DNA of 64,000 nucleotides from an uncultured bacterium (GTDB lineage Bacteria; Bacteroidota; Ignavibacteria; Kapaibacteriales; UBA2268): NCBI GenBank assembly GCA_937875295.1, contig CALLXS010000101.1, positions 16,231 to 80,230 of the forward strand, read 5' to 3'. Shown piece by piece: positions 62,129 to 64,000 of this stretch (position 1 is its first letter; each line of letters starts with the position of its first letter). The notes under the pieces were generated by a model. It saw only the letters and a program-made list of their open reading frames with translations, ran no database searches and was not told where the DNA came from. The position numbers and the translations under genes were made by a program.

Positions 62129-62375
62129 CATTAAATTTAAAAATACATTTGATAAAATATTTTAGAAAATGTATAAATTAACTTTTTCTATAATTTATTT
62201 TATAGTAAAAGATCTCGCCTTAATATCTTTCAAAATAAGTATTATTACTTTTCTTTGCTTTTCTGCATTATTAAAATCTTGATTATCACCATTAAATTAT
62301 TATTTTTTAGTAATTTTGTAGCTTGTTTAAACAAAGAAATAATTAAATACTCTTTCAATAAAAATACTAACAATA

Positions 62376-64000
62376 ATGGCATATAATTTTACCGAAATTG
62401 AAAAAAAATGGCAGAAATTCTGGAAAGATCAGAATATTTATAAAGTGGAAGATGACTTCTCTAAGCCCAAATATTACATTTTAGATATGTTCCCTTATCC
62501 TAGTGGAGCAGGTCTTCACATTGGACATCCCGAAGGCTACACTGCCACTGATATTATTGCTAGATATAAAAAAATGAAGGGTTTTAATGTGCTTCATCCT
62601 ATGGGATTCGACGCATTTGGTTTGCCAACTGAGAGATATTCTATGCAGAATAATATTCATCCAAATGAAGCCACAGAGAAAAATATAGCTAATTTCAGTA
62701 GACAATTAGATATGATTGGCTTAGGTTATGATTGGGATAGAATGATTAATACTACTTCCCCAGAATATTATCGCTGGACTCAAGAAATGTTTCTCCGAAT
62801 TTATAATAGCTATTATGACCATTCTGAGTGTAAAGCTCGCCCAATCGAAGAATTACCAATACCTGAAGAATTAAAATCAACAAGCGAAATTAATGAATAT
62901 ATCGACAGCAAGAGATTGGCTTATATAGCGAATATTCCTGTGAATTGGTGCGAACAGTTAGGCACTGTCTTAGCTAATGAAGAAGTCGAAGAATGGAAAT
63001 CAAAAGGATATTCAGTAGAACGCCGCCCAATGAGACAATGGATGATTCGCATTACAGAGTATGCTCAAAGATTAATTGATGATTTAGATTTAGTCGAATG
63101 GCCAAATTCTACTTTAGAAATGCAAAAAAATTGGATTGGAAAAAGCACCGGAGCTGAAGTTAATTTCGAAGTAATTGGGAATTCCGAAAAGATTACTGTA
63201 TTCACTACAAGACCTGATACAATTTTTGGTGCAAATTATTTAGTATTAGCTCCTGAACATCCATTAGTTGATACAATTACAACAGCTGAAAATAAAATTT
63301 CGATTAATGAATATATCAAAACCGCTGCATTAAAAAGCGATTTAGAACGAGCTGAATTAAGCAAAGAAAAAACTGGGAAATTTACCGGTGCATATGCGAT
63401 TAATCCTGCTACAGGAAATAAAATCCCAATTTGGATAGCTGATTATGTATTAGCGCATTATGGAACTGGTGCTATTATGGCTGTACCCGGCCACGACGAA
63501 AGAGATCACCAATTTGCAAAAGATTTTAATTTACCTATTAGTCAAGTGGTGATTCCAAGCGAAGAAAATGATGGAAATACAATTGATATAAATAATAGTG
63601 CATTTACTGAGTATGGCAAAAGTATTAATTCAGCTAACAGTGAAATTAGTCTAAATGATCTGCCAACAAGTATTGCTATTGAGCAAATTAATAAATGGTT
63701 AGAGACTAAAGGAATAGGAAAAGCAAAAGTAAGCTATAAATTGAGAGATTGGCTATTTTCTCGGCAAAGATACTGGGGCGAACCTATGCCAATAATGTTT
63801 TTCGAAGATGGCACAAAAAGACCACTTTCAGATGATGAACTACCTCTTCGCTTACCAGAGATAAATGATTTTCAACCTGCTGGCACAGGAGAGTCTCCTC
63901 TGGCTAAAGTAGAAAGTTGGGTTAATTTTATTGATAAAAAAACAGGGAAAAAAGCAAAATATGAGACTAATACTATGCCTCAATGGGCTGGATCTTGCTG
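62376..64000 (+). CDS. leuS: leucine--tRNA ligase, 3'-partial (runs off window end)
   Basis: [23 protein letters not shown]...[47 protein letters not shown]. Absent from the ORF track only because no stop falls in the window. Confidence 0.93.
   Translation, partial: MAYNFTEIEKKWQKFWKDQNIYKVEDDFSKPKYYILDMFPYPSGAGLHIGHPEGYTATDIIARYKKMKGFNVLHPMGFDAFGLPTERYSMQNNIHPNEATEKNIANFSRQLDMIGLGYDWDRMINTTSPEYYRWTQEMFLRIYNSYYDHSECKARPIEELPIPEELKSTSEINEYIDSKRLAYIANIPVNWCEQLGTVLANEEVEEWKSKGYSVERRPMRQWMIRITEYAQRLIDDLDLVEWPNSTLEMQKNWIGKSTGAEVNFEVIGNSEKITVFTTRPDTIFGANYLVLAPEHPLVDTITTAENKISINEYIKTAALKSDLERAELSKEKTGKFTGAYAINPATGNKIPIWIADYVLAHYGTGAIMAVPGHDERDHQFAKDFNLPISQVVIPSEENDGNTIDINNSAFTEYGKSINSANSEISLNDLPTSIAIEQINKWLETKGIGKAKVSYKLRDWLFSRQRYWGEPMPIMFFEDGTKRPLSDDELPLRLPEINDFQPAGTGESPLAKVESWVNFIDKKTGKKAKYETNTMPQWAGSC

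Noticed and set aside
62131-62375. Possible T-box leader upstream of leuS
   Set aside because: There is no recognisable specifier-loop or T-box consensus (AATTAGGGTGGNACCGCG-like) in the 245-bp region. T-box control of leuS is also not expected outside Firmicutes-like lineages.
1-64000. CRISPR arrays, transposases, integrases, phage genes, toxin-antitoxin or defence-system hallmarks
   Set aside because: No regularly spaced direct repeats were seen. No ORF carries transposase DDE, tyrosine or serine recombinase, reverse transcriptase or nuclease-NTPase defence signatures. The window looks like core chromosome.

Overview
Strongly AT-rich bacterial chromosomal window, densely packed and dominated by core housekeeping genes on both strands. 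Identified by motif: grpE, pheS, cinA, mnmE-mnmG, pyrG, kdsD-like, hpf, lgt, queC, hrcA, uvrA, glyQS, adk, rpsP, ffh, murA, metG, tRNA-Val(GAC), and leuS running off the 3' end. Three secreted proteins carry C-terminal Por/T9SS-type sorting domains: an 8x Fn3-like repeat protein, a PPAD/agmatine-deiminase-like protein, and a BNR/Asp-box propeller protein. Together with hpnC/hpnD-like squalene-synthase paralogues and an ablA/ablB pair, this points to a Bacteroidota / Ignavibacteriota / Chlorobi-group organism. No transposase, integrase, CRISPR array or recognisable defence island was seen. Most interesting, in rough order: (1) a Tat-signal polyferredoxin with about 7-8 [4Fe-4S] clusters, co-oriented with a putative outer-membrane beta-barrel gene, a possible non-cytochrome trans-envelope electron module; (2) the T9SS-targeted PPAD-like deiminase; (3) a zinc metallopeptidase whose reading frame continues for 56 protein-like codons past an in-frame TGA; (4) a TPR lipoprotein split by a +1 frameshift in a T5/A5 homopolymer; (5) near-identical 16-bp CACGTG-centred palindromes placed immediately after the stop codons of both mnmE and mnmG; (6) an unusually long structured non-coding region downstream of hpf. 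All calls come from reading the translated ORFs and the DNA by eye; no searches were run.
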